Positions 26,506-41,022 of a stretch of DNA of 64,000 nucleotides are shown here, piece by piece. The translations under genes were made by a program, and so were the position numbers. Source of the stretch: Botryllus schlosseri. Its lineage: Eukaryota. The notes under the pieces were generated by a model. It worked only from the letters and a program-made list of their open reading frames with translations. It was not told where the DNA came from and ran no database searches. Numbering within the stretch: the stretch's first letter is position 1; each line of letters opens with the position of its first letter. The stretch lies in NCBI GenBank assembly GCA_051294905.1, contig CM119371.1, positions 24,430,001 to 24,494,000 on the forward strand, given 5' to 3'.

Positions 26506-28607
26506 GTTAGTTGTGAAATATGTATGAATTGCAGTAATATGAATATTTCTCTTTCCGATATCAAGACAGGAAGATTGGTCTTAGCAATAATAAGGTGATT
26601 GCGTCTCAAGCGTCGTCAAATAAATGCGGAAAATCGTAACCCTCGTCAAGTCACTATGTAATGTATATTATTATTAGGGATGGTATAGACGTGAGGTTCA
26701 CTCTCGCGTTCTGTGTGTGAACCTCAGATATTTGGAGGTTCACGTTCACAAACGAAGCTAGTTAGTAGGGATGGTGTGAACCTCCAAAAGGTTCAGGTTC
26801 GTGTGAACGCGAACTTTTTTGAAAAGTTCTGTGTGAACGCGAACGTGAACCTCATGACGTCACGGGACGTCATATTGCTCATTACAATCCTACATTCAAG
26901 TGAAGTGATATATAGCGACGATTCGGGCCACATAATCTACAATGCTGAAGTACATACTGACTTTCTAAACGTCGCCAAATGCATCAACTGCAGCAATGAA
27001 ATGATATAATAATACCATAAAATCAATATCTTCCGTCGCTTCACCAGCAATTTCGACGAGGACTTGCAAGGGAATATAAGGTTACGCATAAAGGGTATAG
27101 GCCAGACTGGTCAATGCATTCGGCGTCTGAGTGTTGCTACGTTGATATTCAGCAGAGTGTAATCGGTGTTTACGCCATTGACAAGTTATACAGCAGTAGC
27201 CAACACCCCAATCGCACCGATTTGGTTTTTATGATACAATAAACATATGAAATCGAGATGGAACCGGTACGCTTGCTAGATTATTTACATTAGACAACGA
27301 TATCAATTTCATTCATTGGTTGAATGAGCATCATTCGCTGACTACCGACATGTAGCGTATTTCGCTCTTAATGTTGTGTGATTGCGGGTCAAGCTCACTG
27401 CAGAGAGTCACTAAATATTCAGAAACAGTAAGGTGGATATTTCGAGCAAACTTTTGTAACTAAGCAGATACAATTTTTGAGATTATGAAGGAGCATGCTC
27501 GTTTAGTGTTGAGTTTTGATGCTGCCAGCGCCATGCATAGAGTTTTGTATTGCAATTAATTTCAACCAAAGATGTCATAATGACGTGGAAATCGTAATAT
27601 GCGAAAAAGGTTCACAGTGCAGAAACTACCAAGGCTCGTTGGGTGAACATGAACCTCTAAATTTCCGAGGTTCACACACAGAACGCGAACGTGAACCTCA
27701 CGTTCACACCATCCCTAGTAGTTAGGTTCTGCACTGCGAACATTTTTCATGTGCTACAATTTTCGCGTCACCAGAACGTGTCTTTGATTGGGAATCTCTG
27801 CTCCTCAACACCGGACCACTCTCTGCGATGCGCTGGCAGCATTAAAAGAAACTCAGCAGTAATCGAATATGCACCTTTCAAATTTCATAAAAATCCTTGA
27901 AAGTTTGCTCGGAATATTCAGCTGCCTGTTCGTCAATATTTCTCCGCTGGGAGCTCAGCCAACAATTGAACAATAGGGAGGACAAAACACATCACATGTA
28001 GGAAGTCAGCGAATTGTGTTTTATCAGCCAATGCATAGATAATTATTGTGAAAATTATATCATGCGTACGGGAGCCATATTGATTTGAAATCCGTATTGA
28101 AAACCCGATTGGGGTGTTGGTTAATGTATAGCTTGTTTTCGATACAATATCTGGCGCAAGTATATAAACCGGTGTTTCACTATTAACAAAACACCTTTCC
28201 GGTGGAAGTGGTTCCTCGTTGAAATTGTTACAAAGCAACAGAAGTTATTGATTTTGCCGGATTATTATCACACGTGACTGTTTGAATTCATTGAGTGACG
28301 TTTCGGATATCAGCATATACTTCAGGATCGTAACACGGTGACCGAGTCGTCTTTAGTTATCGTATACTTTACCGACACGTATGGTTAGAATTGAAAATTT
28401 GACGTCACGTGACCACATTGGCTCACGTCCGCGTTCAAACAGATCCATTCAAAATGGTTCGAGTTCACACGATGCAGACTCAAAATATGATAAAATGATA
28501 ACTCATGTTTCCCTTTTTTTCTCTCGAAAAAAACTAAATCATACCCAATTTAATGTAATTGACTTCTATAAAGCAATCGGCTATTGTCATAAATTTTTGT
28601 TTTACAG

Positions 28608-28775
28608 CTCTCAGATCTGGAAATACGTGATGTCAGAATGCCAGCAGAAAGTTACCGCGAAATTCCAATCACACTCAAATCCGTTAAATGCAAAAATGTA
28701 ATATTCACTAAATGCGAATTGACGAGAATGAAGATCTCTGAATTCAAAAATGGATGCAAAGACAACCATGTATCG
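28608..28775 (+). CDS. LRR exon B, copy 5
   Basis: AG/GT bounded, 168 nt; K->R change (DVRMPAESY). Confidence 0.85.
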
Positions 28776-30210
28776 GTAAGTTCTACTAATGTACCGGGAC
28801 GTGCATCGTGTAGATTGGTAGTTGTTGTTGTTTTTTGCGGTATTCATGGTTTTTATCGACTAAGATCGTCATTTAGACCAAGCCGATATTCCCTATTTTT
28901 TCATTCCGAAACTGCCGACTTGTCGCATGGCCCAATTCTTGGCTTGTTAACATACCACATATGCGGATGAGATGACCAAGGTCCAAGAATAATCTAGAGA
29001 GGGAATGCGCTTCAGGGCATTCCAGAGCGAACTGTAGATTTCGAGATAAAATCTAACCTTTGTACTGTGTACCAATATTAATCATAACGGCTCACTGTAT
29101 TCTGGCTACAGCTTACCTTCCATTTCACCAAAGTGAACTTTACGTCCATTTTTGACCAGCTTGCCGAGCGCTAAACTCGATAAAACGGCCATTGATTGGA
29201 AGCTGCTGCCATACTAATTACGAAAATATGAAATTTATTCTGCTCGTGGACCTGGTACCCCCCAAAATCAGTCACGAAATTCACATTTAGATCGAGATTG
29301 GAATTGTTACGCAACAGTGCTGTCTGGCTCTTTGTTCTTACCTTCACTCTCGTTTTTCCACACATAATTGTTGCGTCAGAATGCCAAATCCGATGTCAGT
29401 GCAAATTTCGAGGCTGATTTTGGGAGGTTCCATGTCTATGAGCAGATTAAAATTTATACTTCTATAATCAGTACAACAATAGCTCTTCATTGATACCCGT
29501 TTCCTGGAATTTAGCGGTTGGGAAGCCGGTCAAAAATGACAGTAAAGTAGCGTTTGGTCATATCGAAAGTATGGAGTAACCCGAATGCAGTGAGCTATTC
29601 AGTTTCGCTGTGTCCACGCCGTATAGGACACTATTGTCAAACTGTCTGATAGTTGACATGCGTATATTTCATTACGAGAAGCAAACGTACCAGAGATCTC
29701 CCATTCGTCAGACGCCTGCGGTTTTAGGCTGATTTCTTCATGGAACGCATCATTTTCATCGGCAAGTTATTGCGGAGATAGATTACACGTGCTATGGAAA
29801 CGTAGTCTAATGGTGATTCTGATAATGTTGTCGCTGATAAAGCATCTTTTCCTGCAAGCTGACCGGCTGTGTCATTGCGTGGTTTTCAAACAAGTTCTAG
29901 TCTGACATCGTCATGCCCCAATTGCTGTACAGGTGTACATCTTCTCGACTATCTCCATGATTTGGCAGGAGCTGCGCAATTGGAGAGTGACGTCAAGCAA
30001 TCGCATAGGCATCTGATTTTAAATGACGTTCCAATTTTGCTAGTTTGTTGCATTTACTTGCCGTAAATACATTGTGGGCTAACTTAAATTTTGAAGACTT
30101 ACCAGTCCCCAAGATTTTTTTTGGACGTTTTATTTATCCGCAAGCTTCAAAAAGTTAAGAACCACTTATTTATATAATCATCCCGACTAAAAGGGTTGAT
30201 AATTATTCAG

Positions 30211-30378
30211 CTCTCCAAACTGTCGATATGGGATGGTACGATGACTTCGGATGTTTTCTGTGACGTTGCGAATATTACCAGTATCACGGGATGTCGAACG
30301 CTATTATTGGGAGACTGCGATTTGACAAAAGAGAAGATGGGTTGTTTCGCGACAACCGGGAAGGAAAATCAGATGTCG
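30211..30378 (+). CDS. Diverged LRR exon A'
   Basis: ttattcag|CTC...TCG|gttagt; LSKLSIWDGTMTSDVFCDVANITSITGCRTLLLGDCDLTKEKMGCFATTGKENQMS. 8/56 residues differ from A; frame, length and splice sites are intact. Confidence 0.85.
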
Positions 30379-31028
30379 GTTAGTTGTAAAATATGAATGA
30401 ATTGCGATTATATAAATATTTCTCTTTCCGATATCAAGACAGGAAGATTGGTCTTAGGAATAATAAGGTGATGGCATCACTACCGTTGTCGAATAAATGT
30501 GGAATAATCGTAGACGTGAGGTGCACCTTCGCTTTCTGTGTGTGAGCCTCAGAAATTTGGTGGTTCACGTTCTCAAACGAAGCTAGTTAGGTTTCGCACT
30601 GCAAACCCTTTTCATGTAAATTTCTGTAAATTTTACAACGAAATACCGGTCGCAGCCAATACCTGCGTGTAGCTTGTGAATTTTACATTTTGATATGGAA
30701 TATTAACTTAATTTATCTGCAAATTTAAGTTACCAGAATTCCTACGCAAGATTACTGCCCGTTACTCGCTACTGCCGTTTACCAGGATACTGGCAAAATT
30801 GATTAGCTTCTATACACTTAAGCAGCCAATGTATACGTCGAATTGAATGTCCCTGTAATATTATTCTCGTTTCGATTTGACCTGATTCAACCTCGCTCGC
30901 GAGACAAGGGAAGGTCATACCAGACTTTGACAACTAGATTATTCTAGTTGTCTAATTTGGCTAAATTAGAGCAAAATGTCAGTAATCTAATTCTAATCTA
31001 ATTTGTGAAATGTTTCCATGCTCTATTA

Positions 31029-31900
31029 CAGAGGTGGGCAAACTTTTGAGCTCGCGGGCCGCATTCAACATCTGAATCCATTCGCGGGCCGCACTATATC
31101 AAATTGGGATCATAAACCAAAACGAAATATTGCTGGTATTTGATTATATAGTGAGGACACGGAGATAATAATATGCTTATTTGAAACAAACCAAACATTG
31201 CTATGATGATATCGTACACGTGCCAGAAACAATGGCGAGATTTCATAGGCCGGTCGACCTCAATAACCAATTTGGCAAAACTATAGAGATGAAAGTCTGT
31301 TGTCCCGATTCTTAGAACAGGATTGAAATTTAAATCTGTGAGCAATGATCTGTTCATATATTTACTAATTCCGCTTTAGGTTCAGTTCCAGGACCAACAA
31401 TGCTGACAGCATCATAACCATGTTAGCTTCAAACACGCTTCTACTATATGTGCAGATTTCGCGCCCCCTTATCGTCATATCACAAAACGCAACCAGGATG
31501 CTATAGCAAACCTAACGGATACTTTGGTGGCATGGGAGGTTACGACAATTGATGAGAGATTTTTAAATATGAAATTCATACTGAATACAGAGCAATAATT
31601 ATGAATTGAAAGTAAATCGCGCGAAGCGCGAAAAAAATTTTCAGTTGAGCTCAGCTTCGCGATCCCTTCAGATGCTTTCATGACCCCAAGGGGCACGCGT
31701 CCTACAGGTTGAGACCCACTGCCTTAGAATTATCATGGTGGAATATACTAAGAAAAAGTTTAATCAAGTCCCTGCATTAATTCGATTTTTAGTACGCATT
31801 TTATCAATATTTTTAATAATTTTCTTTAGACTCTCGCGGGCCGCACAGAACGGTGTTGCGGGCCGCATGCGGCCCGCGGGCCGTAGTTTGCCCACCCCTG
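31029..31900. mobile_element. Non-autonomous hAT MITE
   Basis: TIR CAGAGGTGGGCAAAC...GTTTGCCCACCCCTG, perfect 8-bp TSD ctctatta, subterminal GCGGGCCGC motifs. Confidence 0.9.
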
Positions 31901-34900
31901 CTCTATTATAATTATATTCTAATTTTTCAAATGCTTATATGCTCTAATTTTACTTCTAATTATCGAATATATTGTTTTCCTGAAAACGCCTCAAATTGGT
32001 CCGCGGACTCAGGAGCGCGTTAACAATAATACCACTCTCGGGAAATCCATTGTTAAGCCGCCATCGCTTTACATAGATCGTACCGCACAGTCATAGTGGT
32101 CATTGTCATGTAGGAGAACTGTACATATACATGAACACTTTTCGTGGTGGCCGCGAACCTTAAAAATGCAATATCGAGACAAATAGGCCACACAGTTGAG
32201 AAACCACCAGAGGTGGTCAAAGTAGTCAAGAAAGCTACTCAAGTAGAAGTAGAAGTAGTGACGAAAAAAATCCACTCAGGTACGAGGAGAAGTATTTCTT
32301 CCATAAGCAACCTAAAACTACTTGAAGAAAAAGTAGAATTAACTGACTTTAAATCTACTCAAGTAAGTAAGTAGTTGTGAAAACGATGGTACTTTGTTCG
32401 CATGGATTGTCAAAAGATGCAAATTGAGCTATGCGAAAGGTGCCGAGCTTAATTCAAATTGATACATACCAGGAGGTATTCAATTTTCGACAGCATAAGC
32501 AAAAGCATTCTTCAGCTTCATGAGATGAAAATGATAGTATTGATATGGAAATCAGATACTAATCCTCTGTTTAATCGAACACCACGTTTTAGAAAATATG
32601 ATGGTATCGCGCAATCTCCCATATTCTAAGGCCCGTAGTTTAGTCGAAGAGCATTACGGCGAAGTTGTATCGGATACGGTGTAAACACTTTGCGCGTTTA
32701 GTAAAAAAGATAGTGGATCGTAAAAATGCCATATTGTGTAGCTTTATTTCCGGAAATTAAAGGCATTACTACACTTGCTTTTATACTTCAACATGTATGT
32801 TACCAGACAAAAGAACTGATATTAATTAGAGCTCAAAGTATATGATACTGGGGATTGAAAAAGCGGAAAATGTATTTTATGTCTTTAGTTCAGAAAGTTT
32901 CAAAGGTGGTATGTTAAACAGCTCTGAAACTAAAAAACGTCTGAGTTCACATTTCCAGATTAGGAAACGCCATGGACTGCTAGATCAATGGTTCTCAATC
33001 TTTTTCATTTCGCGGAACGGAAAAATTTCAAAAAATATTCGGCGGACCGATGGACTTTCAAAAATTGAAATCAACTCAAAACGTGCAGTACGCAACTGTT
33101 TTATGCAAGTATATGGTGCTGCAGTGGTTCTCAACCGGGGGTTCGCGGACCCCTAGGGGTCCGCGAAGCAATTTCAGGGGGTCCGCGAGACTTCCAAATT
33201 TTTAAAATGGTTGATAACGTAATTTTTATTTTATTTATTAATTTGAGAAAGCATGAGGCAGTTTCGCACAACAACTGCTATAACCTCATGACTCATATCA
33301 TCATAAACTATCGTAGTGTGGAAATTCATTTTCATTGCCAATTTTCCAATAACAAGGGGGACTTCGTTATGTCTTCTCGATTTGAAGTTGTCAGTCTCAT
33401 CAAATTAGTGAACAGTCGTTTGAAATAAAAATTTCCGAAGTATTTACCCAATTTGTACCAATGCAGGGATTAAAACCTCGCCACGAAATCCATTTTATCC
33501 TGCGATAGACATAACCACTATTTGAACAGCTTCTTGGAGGTACAGAACTTCAATATAAAATTGAATAGTATATTCATATTGAAAGGAACCCGAATACTGT
33601 CGGCTGAATGTCGTCATAAATCGAACGATGCTGCTTTTGAAGCTCGACTATCAGATTTGACGCATTCTTATTGCGGATGTCCTATCTACAAAGCTGTCGT
33701 AGGTTCACCTGAATCATTCAGAGGTTCGCACCCCCCCTACTATGAATACAATGAGCCACACGAAAACACCAGACAACAGCTATACCTGGCCATCCACAAA
33801 ATCAGCGCCGATCGTCAGCCTAGCTGTCAAAAACGGTGGTCATGGGCCCCAAAAGGCGATAAAAGAAATTTTTAGGGGCATTGCGCCCGACCCCAAAGTT
33901 GGTTGCTTGTTTTCACCAGTACTTGTTCAATCTACTGAGTGAAGGCAGAGAGTTTTCTATAATTCATGACTGAATCGGTAAATAAATTTTTAATTGCATA
34001 TATATTGCTGAAAATTTTAATACTCTCAGAATAATCAGATTTTCCGGTAGAGTTGATTGAGATGTCGTGTTGGAAAATTTAGGGCACGTAGTTGATAATA
34101 ATTAAACATATTCGGCTGGGCCTGTTGAAATAATTACTTCACTGCATGTTAATATTTCGTCATCTACTGTCTGTTATATAGGATCTAGATATTGAGGTCA
34201 TCCACGCGTACTAAACCAAAGTGCGCACACGATTCCAAATTGATATTTCTTCACTGGCAAATAATTTTTCTCTTTGTTTTGGCATTTGTGCTGTGGGTTA
34301 CAGATTGCCAGAACAGTGAGATTAGGCGCCAGCCATTGTGGAGCCTTTATCAAAGTTTTTGGTCAGTAAGGGCAGTCTTTTTTGGCCGAGGTTATCCCAC
34401 TGGTAAGTAAATTTTATTTAAGTATGTTGTTCGCATACTTTTTGGATTCCTATGCTAGCTTAAACTTCATTACGTGATGGCGCGTCGTGGTGGGGCATTT
34501 CTATAATTCGTGAGTATTTCTTGGGGAAAAGACGCATAATTATCAAGACTTTCAAAACATTCAGTGACACTAAACCGCGTTAGTGGTAGTGTGAATGCAC
34601 CTCACAAATTAAAAAAAAAATCTTGAAAGTTTGCTCGGAATATTCAGCTGTGCGTTTGTCAACATTTCTCCGCTGCGAGCTTTTCCAATAATTAAACAAT
34701 AGAGAGAACGAAACACATTACATGTAAGAGGTCAATGCATTGTATTTTGTCAACCAATGCATCGATGCAGGGCCGTAACTGCCGCACCCCACGCCCCACG
34801 CCCCACCCCCATATGGGAGGCCAAGACTCATTTTTCCTTTGTTACGAATTGCTTTTTCGTTCCTGCCAACGGGTATGCACCCGGACATGTTGAATTAATA

Positions 34901-35555
34901 TTGAGGGGTTCTACCTTTTCAAACACACCTCACTCACCTCTACCGGTGAATCAGATTACGTGAGCAGAGGGAGATGATAAAAAGTGATAGCAATATATAT
35001 GCAATTCCCGATGATATTGCACGATTGAGTCATGAGTTATCGGAAAATTCTCGGGCTTCGCGAGTTAAGCCGAAAAAAGCTGACTCATTAAACGGACACC
35101 GAATGTAGATGATAAGTAGCGGTAAACAGCATAAAGCCGATGGGGGTTCGATTTATCACTCAATACCTTGCTTTTAAGATAATATCTGGCGCAAGTATGT
35201 AAACCGGTTTTCCCTCTTACGAATACTCCTGTCCGGCCAAGGAGATTCCTCGTTGAAATTGTGGCAAAGTGACGAAATTTTGTTGGATTATTATCAGTTT
35301 TGATTGTTCCTGTGGATACAATTAGTGAAGTTTAAAATATCAGCATATACATCACCATTGTGGCATAAGGTGTCCCGAGTAGTCGCTAGTTATATACTTC
35401 ACGGAAACGTACACTGAAAAAAAATTTACCTCGATTTACCGCGATATGTCTGGAACCAGGGTGGCCAGCCACTTGGCAGTAATATAACATTACCTTACAC
35501 TCGTCCGGTAATCTAACTTTACACGCCAGACTGTAATGTTATAGTCACCTTTGGT

Positions 35556-37057
35556 CAGGGCTGTGGAGTCGGTAAATTTTATCACCGACTCCGGCTCCGA
35601 CTCCGACTCCACACATTTTCAATATACCGACTCCGATTCCGATTCCGACTCCGACTCCTGAGTCTTTAAACGTACCCACTCCAACTCCTGGGTCTTTAAA
35701 CGTACCGACTCCGACTCCAGCATTATTACTACAATTTACTTACATGCCACATTGTCAGTTAAATCACTATCATACAACCATTAAACATATGCAAACATGT
35801 GATTAACTGTGGCATGCTAGATTGTTTCATTGTGGCACAGCTCGAATCATCCATTATGCAATTAACTTGAAAGGCTAAAGATCCTTTCTTTTTCAAGTTT
35901 TTATAACTTGGACTCTCTAATATATTGAAATTTATGAATCATTCAAATAAAGCAGATGTCCGATACTGTATAATAAAAATGTAGATAAAAAATCCAAGTG
36001 TAGCTCTTGTGTATGATTCAGCAACTAATAAAGAGTTTGAACTTACTAATTTTGTCATTGCACACTATCCTGATTACAAGCACACACACTCTTACTACTA
36101 ATAGGCATTGGTCATAAATGGAATTTAGTTAAGTAGTCAAAGACCATAGCCTATGTTTAGTCTACATGTACTTAATCAAGTATTCAAGAATTGGGACTTG
36201 CAGTCTTTCCTAATCATTTGTTCGACCCAAACAGCTAAGCTACACTACAAATATTTGTAATTTTGTCAAGTGGGAAGCATCGTTTGGTCATAATTACATC
36301 ATTTTTACAATTTGACAAAACCAGACGATGCATTTGCTCTGTCACAGTATCATGGTATAATTCCAAAAATTGCATCAATTTTGACAGCATCGCGAAAACC
36401 CATGTTGGACGACACGTTATCTCCTAATTGCGAAAATAGTTAGACTCAATTCTATGATTAATAGGTATTTATCATTTTCAGAAGGTGGTTCAAATACTGA
36501 ATGCAAGAAATCTAGTGACAATGAATCATGCGAAGTACCGAGAAAAATTTCAAGTCAAATAAATCTGCTATGAAATATTCTACATTATGGTCATATACAA
36601 AGATCTGGGATAAATGTGGCTGGCCCCTGGATACGCTAATGCGTCAGAACTGTTGTTTTAGTCATCATCAAATTTCGCGGTCATGCTAATCAAATTTTCG
36701 TTGGCGTTGCAATTGTACCTGATGTCATAAATAATTTCGAGAATTACCTCGCAGGCCACACCTAACCTTCTCGTGTGCCAAATTTGGCCTGCGTGCCACG
36801 GGCTGGCCGCACCTGATCTGTATGGTCATTAATAACAGTGATTGTTGGCACATAAAAATTTTATTAAAAATTCTTTGAAAGCAAATGTTTTCATGATAGA
36901 GAAGTTGGAGTCGGAGTCGAAGTCACGTTCATTCTCACAAACTGCGACTCCAAATCCAGTCAGTATTTTCCCACTGACTCCCCCTCAAGCTATTATAGTT
37001 TTCACGACTCCGAATCCATCAAGCGAAAACTACCCAGACTCCGACTCCACAGCCCTG
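35556..37057. mobile_element. Second, internally deleted and more diverged copy of the 8188-10202 hAT family
   Basis: Same TIR (CAGGGCTGTGGAGTCGG), TSD cctttggt/cctctggt, collinear internal sequence with a deletion. Confidence 0.9.
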
Positions 37058-37960
37058 CCTCTGGTATTTTCAATCTACATTTCCTTCTGTACATTTACGA
37101 CCGAGACTGTAATTTTATGGCCTTACCTACCTATACCTACCTACCTACCTATCTACCTACAACTCTACCCGCGGTCCTTGTAAATCAGGATTACATGCCA
37201 GCTTGTAAATTCACGTAGCCTACATCCACTCCTATCCCAAAGCAACGCGATTCCAAAATACCGCAAAAGTTTCTTCACGCTCTCAAGACGATATTGGGAC
37301 CACTGTATATTCATTCGTGATTCACGATGAAAAAGTATTGCTACTGGAGGTCTAATTCTTGTTTAGGAGGCATGCAAATACAGCACGGGTGGTCCCAAGA
37401 AAATGTGAATTAATTCCACTGCCCGATAAACTTCCAATTAATTCTTTTTCTCGTCTTCATTCCTCCTGTGTGACTAGTATCTTGCAGTTCCACTAAAAAT
37501 AATTCATGCGTAAGTCGCTATACTAACCTAAGTTGATAACTCAGACATGATTTATACAGACTACGACAAATAGGCTAACAAAAATAGAACAATTTTGAAG
37601 TACCGGTACTGGTGCATTGTGAGTTGATGACTCCTCATTTGACATGATATGGCAGAGATTCATGAATTAAATGATCAATGCATTGAGAGAAAAGGTGCGT
37701 CATTTGATGCGGCATGTGAGCCAAACCTATCGGGCAGTGGATGAAAACATATCTAAGCTATGACCCGATAAATGTCAATACCAAGCAAACAGTTTTAACT
37801 ACTCCGCGGCAGAGTATGTGGTGTCGCAGGTCATTATACATGTCGACTAATATCCCAAAATAGAACAGAGAATGGGGCGACTGAAATATTTAAATCATGA
37901 AACCAAAGCCATCCGGGTCGTGTGCACAGTCGTAGATATTCACGGTAACTAATACTATAC

Positions 37961-39477
37961 CAGAGGTCTCAAACTCAAATGTGCTCGCGGGCCATTTCCT
38001 CGTTTTTGATGACGCCGTGGGCTGCATCAACAATCTTCGGGATATTCATTGTATAATTCCAAGTAGGCCTTATTTGACGGGACCTTGCAGACAGGCATTC
38101 CACAAACATCGTGGAAATGTAATTTATTATTGCATTATTCACGCGGACACGGAACAAAAATCACATTTTCAAATATTTGAAGAAAATTGCTTTTGCGCCG
38201 GGCATAATTTTACAAATTAATGAGTTATAGACATCATACGACAGGATGCATCATGACATCGTAAAACTGTCGGGTTATAATATTGCAGCTAGTGGACCTT
38301 TGACGTGCCACAAGTTTATGTAGAATATTTCGAAATCTACTGGAGATTGATTTGATATCAGAGCATTTGAGCGCTATAGCCTAATCCTGGTTTTGATAAA
38401 GTCGTGATAAGTATAGGCCATTGTTAAAGTCAAATTAAATCAGCGTTAGATTTTGCCCTCGATTATTATCAATAACAACTTTAATATAATCATTTTTGAG
38501 CCATAGCAATATCATTGATTCTTGACCTTTTTAGCGATTGTACCCCTTGTGCTTCCAATGAGATTTCTCCTAGCCACTGTCCATTTTCAACACAATTTCT
38601 GGTGGTACCTATATTAAAATCAGAAAGCCCATTCACATAAAATCGCTCGTAGCGCGAAGACTATTTTCCAGTTGAATAAATTGGCCAAGAAAATATTCCA
38701 CAGCATATAGGCCTAATTCCACAATGCATCTCCCACACCCTGATGTGGTGCTTTCGTACCCCGATGGGGTCTACGGACCCTGGTTAAAAACCCCAGCAAT
38801 AGAAATGTCCAATCGGCGAATAATTTATTGGTGTTACTAGTTACAGCTGTAGAGCGTACTACTATCCTAATCGCCACCGAGAACAAACAACACCCAACAT
38901 GTAACCAACTATAAGTCACGGGTGTCATAGAATGCCAATGGTTGCCATACTGACCTGATTAGATAGCTATATACATACCATACGCAACGCACTCTAAGAC
39001 CTTTTGATATATTACTACTCCCCATGACAGTTGCGTAGATTGTTGCGACCGTAGGATTAACAAGTCACCGTTCCGACTCGCAAGTCCCTCTCTGATTTTA
39101 ACGTTAGACCCTACTCAACTCGAGTCATTTTTATTTAATCACCCAGTCAATCCGAAATCGAGTAATTTCACGGGAAGGTCGCCCTAAACCAAATCACAAT
39201 TTTCAGTCACGAATTATCAACGGGTCATGTTTTATCGCCATGAACTAGAAATGTGACGTATTAGCTGATCTTCTACCGTATGATAGCTTTTAAAAGTGAT
39301 TTGAGTGAAGTTTGTTGAGATTTCAGTGATGTTTATAGTAGTTTCAGGGTGAACATCAAGTTCTTATATCTAAAAATGATATATAGCACTTGAATGTATT
39401 GTTGAATACTTGAAATTCCGAAATGCCGTCGCGGGCCGCACAAAATGCTCTCGCGGGCCGCGTGTTTGAGAGCTCTG
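37961..39477. mobile_element. Non-autonomous hAT element
   Basis: TIR CAGAGGTCTCAAAC...GTTTGAGAGCTCTG, perfect 8-bp TSD tactatac. Confidence 0.9.
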
Positions 39478-39945
39478 TACTATACAGTACTGTACCTTTT
39501 ACGATGCGCATCCCATTCATCAGTCCTGGGAATCTTCAACGAAAGTCTCAACTTTCTTCAATCACAAGTCACAAGCTTCGCACTGTCAGCCTTTGCATGC
39601 TCAAAGCTCAATATTAATGACCGACCACGACCAGTCGGCTCGACACGCAGACGACTTTGAAATAAGTGATATTCATCGGCTCACATATGCCACCAATACT
39701 ATTTACTGTCCACGTTATAATGTTCAATCTATAGGTTGGTTTTTCCTACAGAAACATCTATCAACACATGTAGTCCTTTTCTTTCGCATCTAATTTCGTC
39801 AATATTGATATTTATTCCTCCATGTGTGGTTTCCTACTTACTTACCTAACCGGACGCTGCCTGTGATGCCACAGCTGCACGTAGGTTGTTTACTATGAAT
39901 CTCAGAAAAACCCGCAACGCGTAACCCAAGGTAATCTATTATAGG

Positions 39946-41022
39946 TAGTGGTGCCACTCCTAATGTTTTATCGCTAGATCAAGTGTTTTGTCGGTCGTCC
40001 TAGTGTTCTAGTGTTTTTTTCGCACAATTTTGCTAATCTAGTGTTTTTCTGCAATTCTGCGAACAAGGAATATTCCAACATCAGACTACTAAATTATACG
40101 CTAAATTTATCGCTAATAAGGCGATTTGGTGTCTCTGGCTGTTTTAGTTTTCAACAATTCTATGTGGTGGTGCAGTAAGAAGCAATTATTACGTAACAGG
40201 GTGCGCTGTGAATCCGTATTCATGAGTGAATGTCACGGACAAAATAAAGAGCGATTTCGCTCTAATGCTCTGTCGTTTTTTGTTGAACTCACTCTGCAGA
40301 TTCGGGAAAGATTTTCATTTGCCGAGGACAGCATACTTTCTTACTTGAGGGTATTGAATCCGTTAACAGCCTTGTCAACACAAAGAAAAATAAAATGAAT
40401 CGTTCCTGTAGCTGTGCAATTTCTCTATGTGATATTATTTGATCAACTTAATGATTTGTCGGAAGAATGGGCTGCGTTGGCTAATTCGCAAAGTGAGCCG
40501 GAGGTTATCAGTCAATGCCATCCAACAGAATTTTGGAAAAAATTGAAATATGTGCACAATGGATTCGGTGAATCAAAATTCCCTTTGCTGGGGAAGCTCA
40601 TGACGAATCTCTTGGCATTGCCACATTCCGCAGCATGCATGGAAATTAAGTATGCTGCACATGGACACCTCCCCATTGTTTGAAAATGTACGGTAGTGAG
40701 CAAGTTGCCACACATAAGATACTTACGTTTGATCGATGGTGTACAATCGAAAGATAATTTTTATGATGCCGTACAATTCGAAAGCGACAATATTTGATTT
40801 TTTCCTACTCTGATGAACTCGTTTCATCAATTTTCGTTGAATAATCATGCAGTATATCATACATATGTATCGAATTGATGTGTGGAACACTTCTTATCAA
40901 TGGGTTTGTACCTTGGTCATCATGATTACTTGGAAACGGCAAATTTTTCCTGCAATTTTCTAATCTAGTGTTTTTCACGACACAATCTTGTGTTTTTCCA
41001 AGAACCTAGAGTGGCAACACTC
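39946..41022 (+). mobile_element. Deleted hAT element with transposase C-terminal remnant
   Basis: TIR-like AGTGGTGCCACTC...GAGTGGCAACACT. Broken ORFs at 40126-40683 include FWKKL...KFPLLGKLMTNLLALPHSAACME, matching the hAT dimerisation-domain pattern. No clear TSD. Confidence 0.75.

Larger units (their letters stand above)
1..29764. repeat. Tandem segmental array of ~5.65-kb units (about 5 copies, probably continuing upstream of the window), each carrying two LRR exons
   Basis: The motif GATAAAAG/TCTTCTCATTTCATG recurs at 1, 5654, 13327, 18961 and 24609. Periods are 5653, 7673 (includes a 2-kb insertion), 5634 and 5648. The ORF track repeats almost identically. Homology to the unit stops at about 29764. 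Confidence 0.97.

Noticed and set aside
382..29365. The many 65-110 aa ORFs repeated in each array unit as independent small genes
   Set aside because: They recur only because the DNA is duplicated. They overlap MITEs or introns or are read-through extensions of exons A and B, and several change frame with homopolymer length.
1..29764. Array as a pure assembly artefact
   Set aside because: A unit-specific transposon with TSD, a unit-specific indel near 17186 and structured SNP sharing favour real copies. The exact copy number still needs spanning reads.
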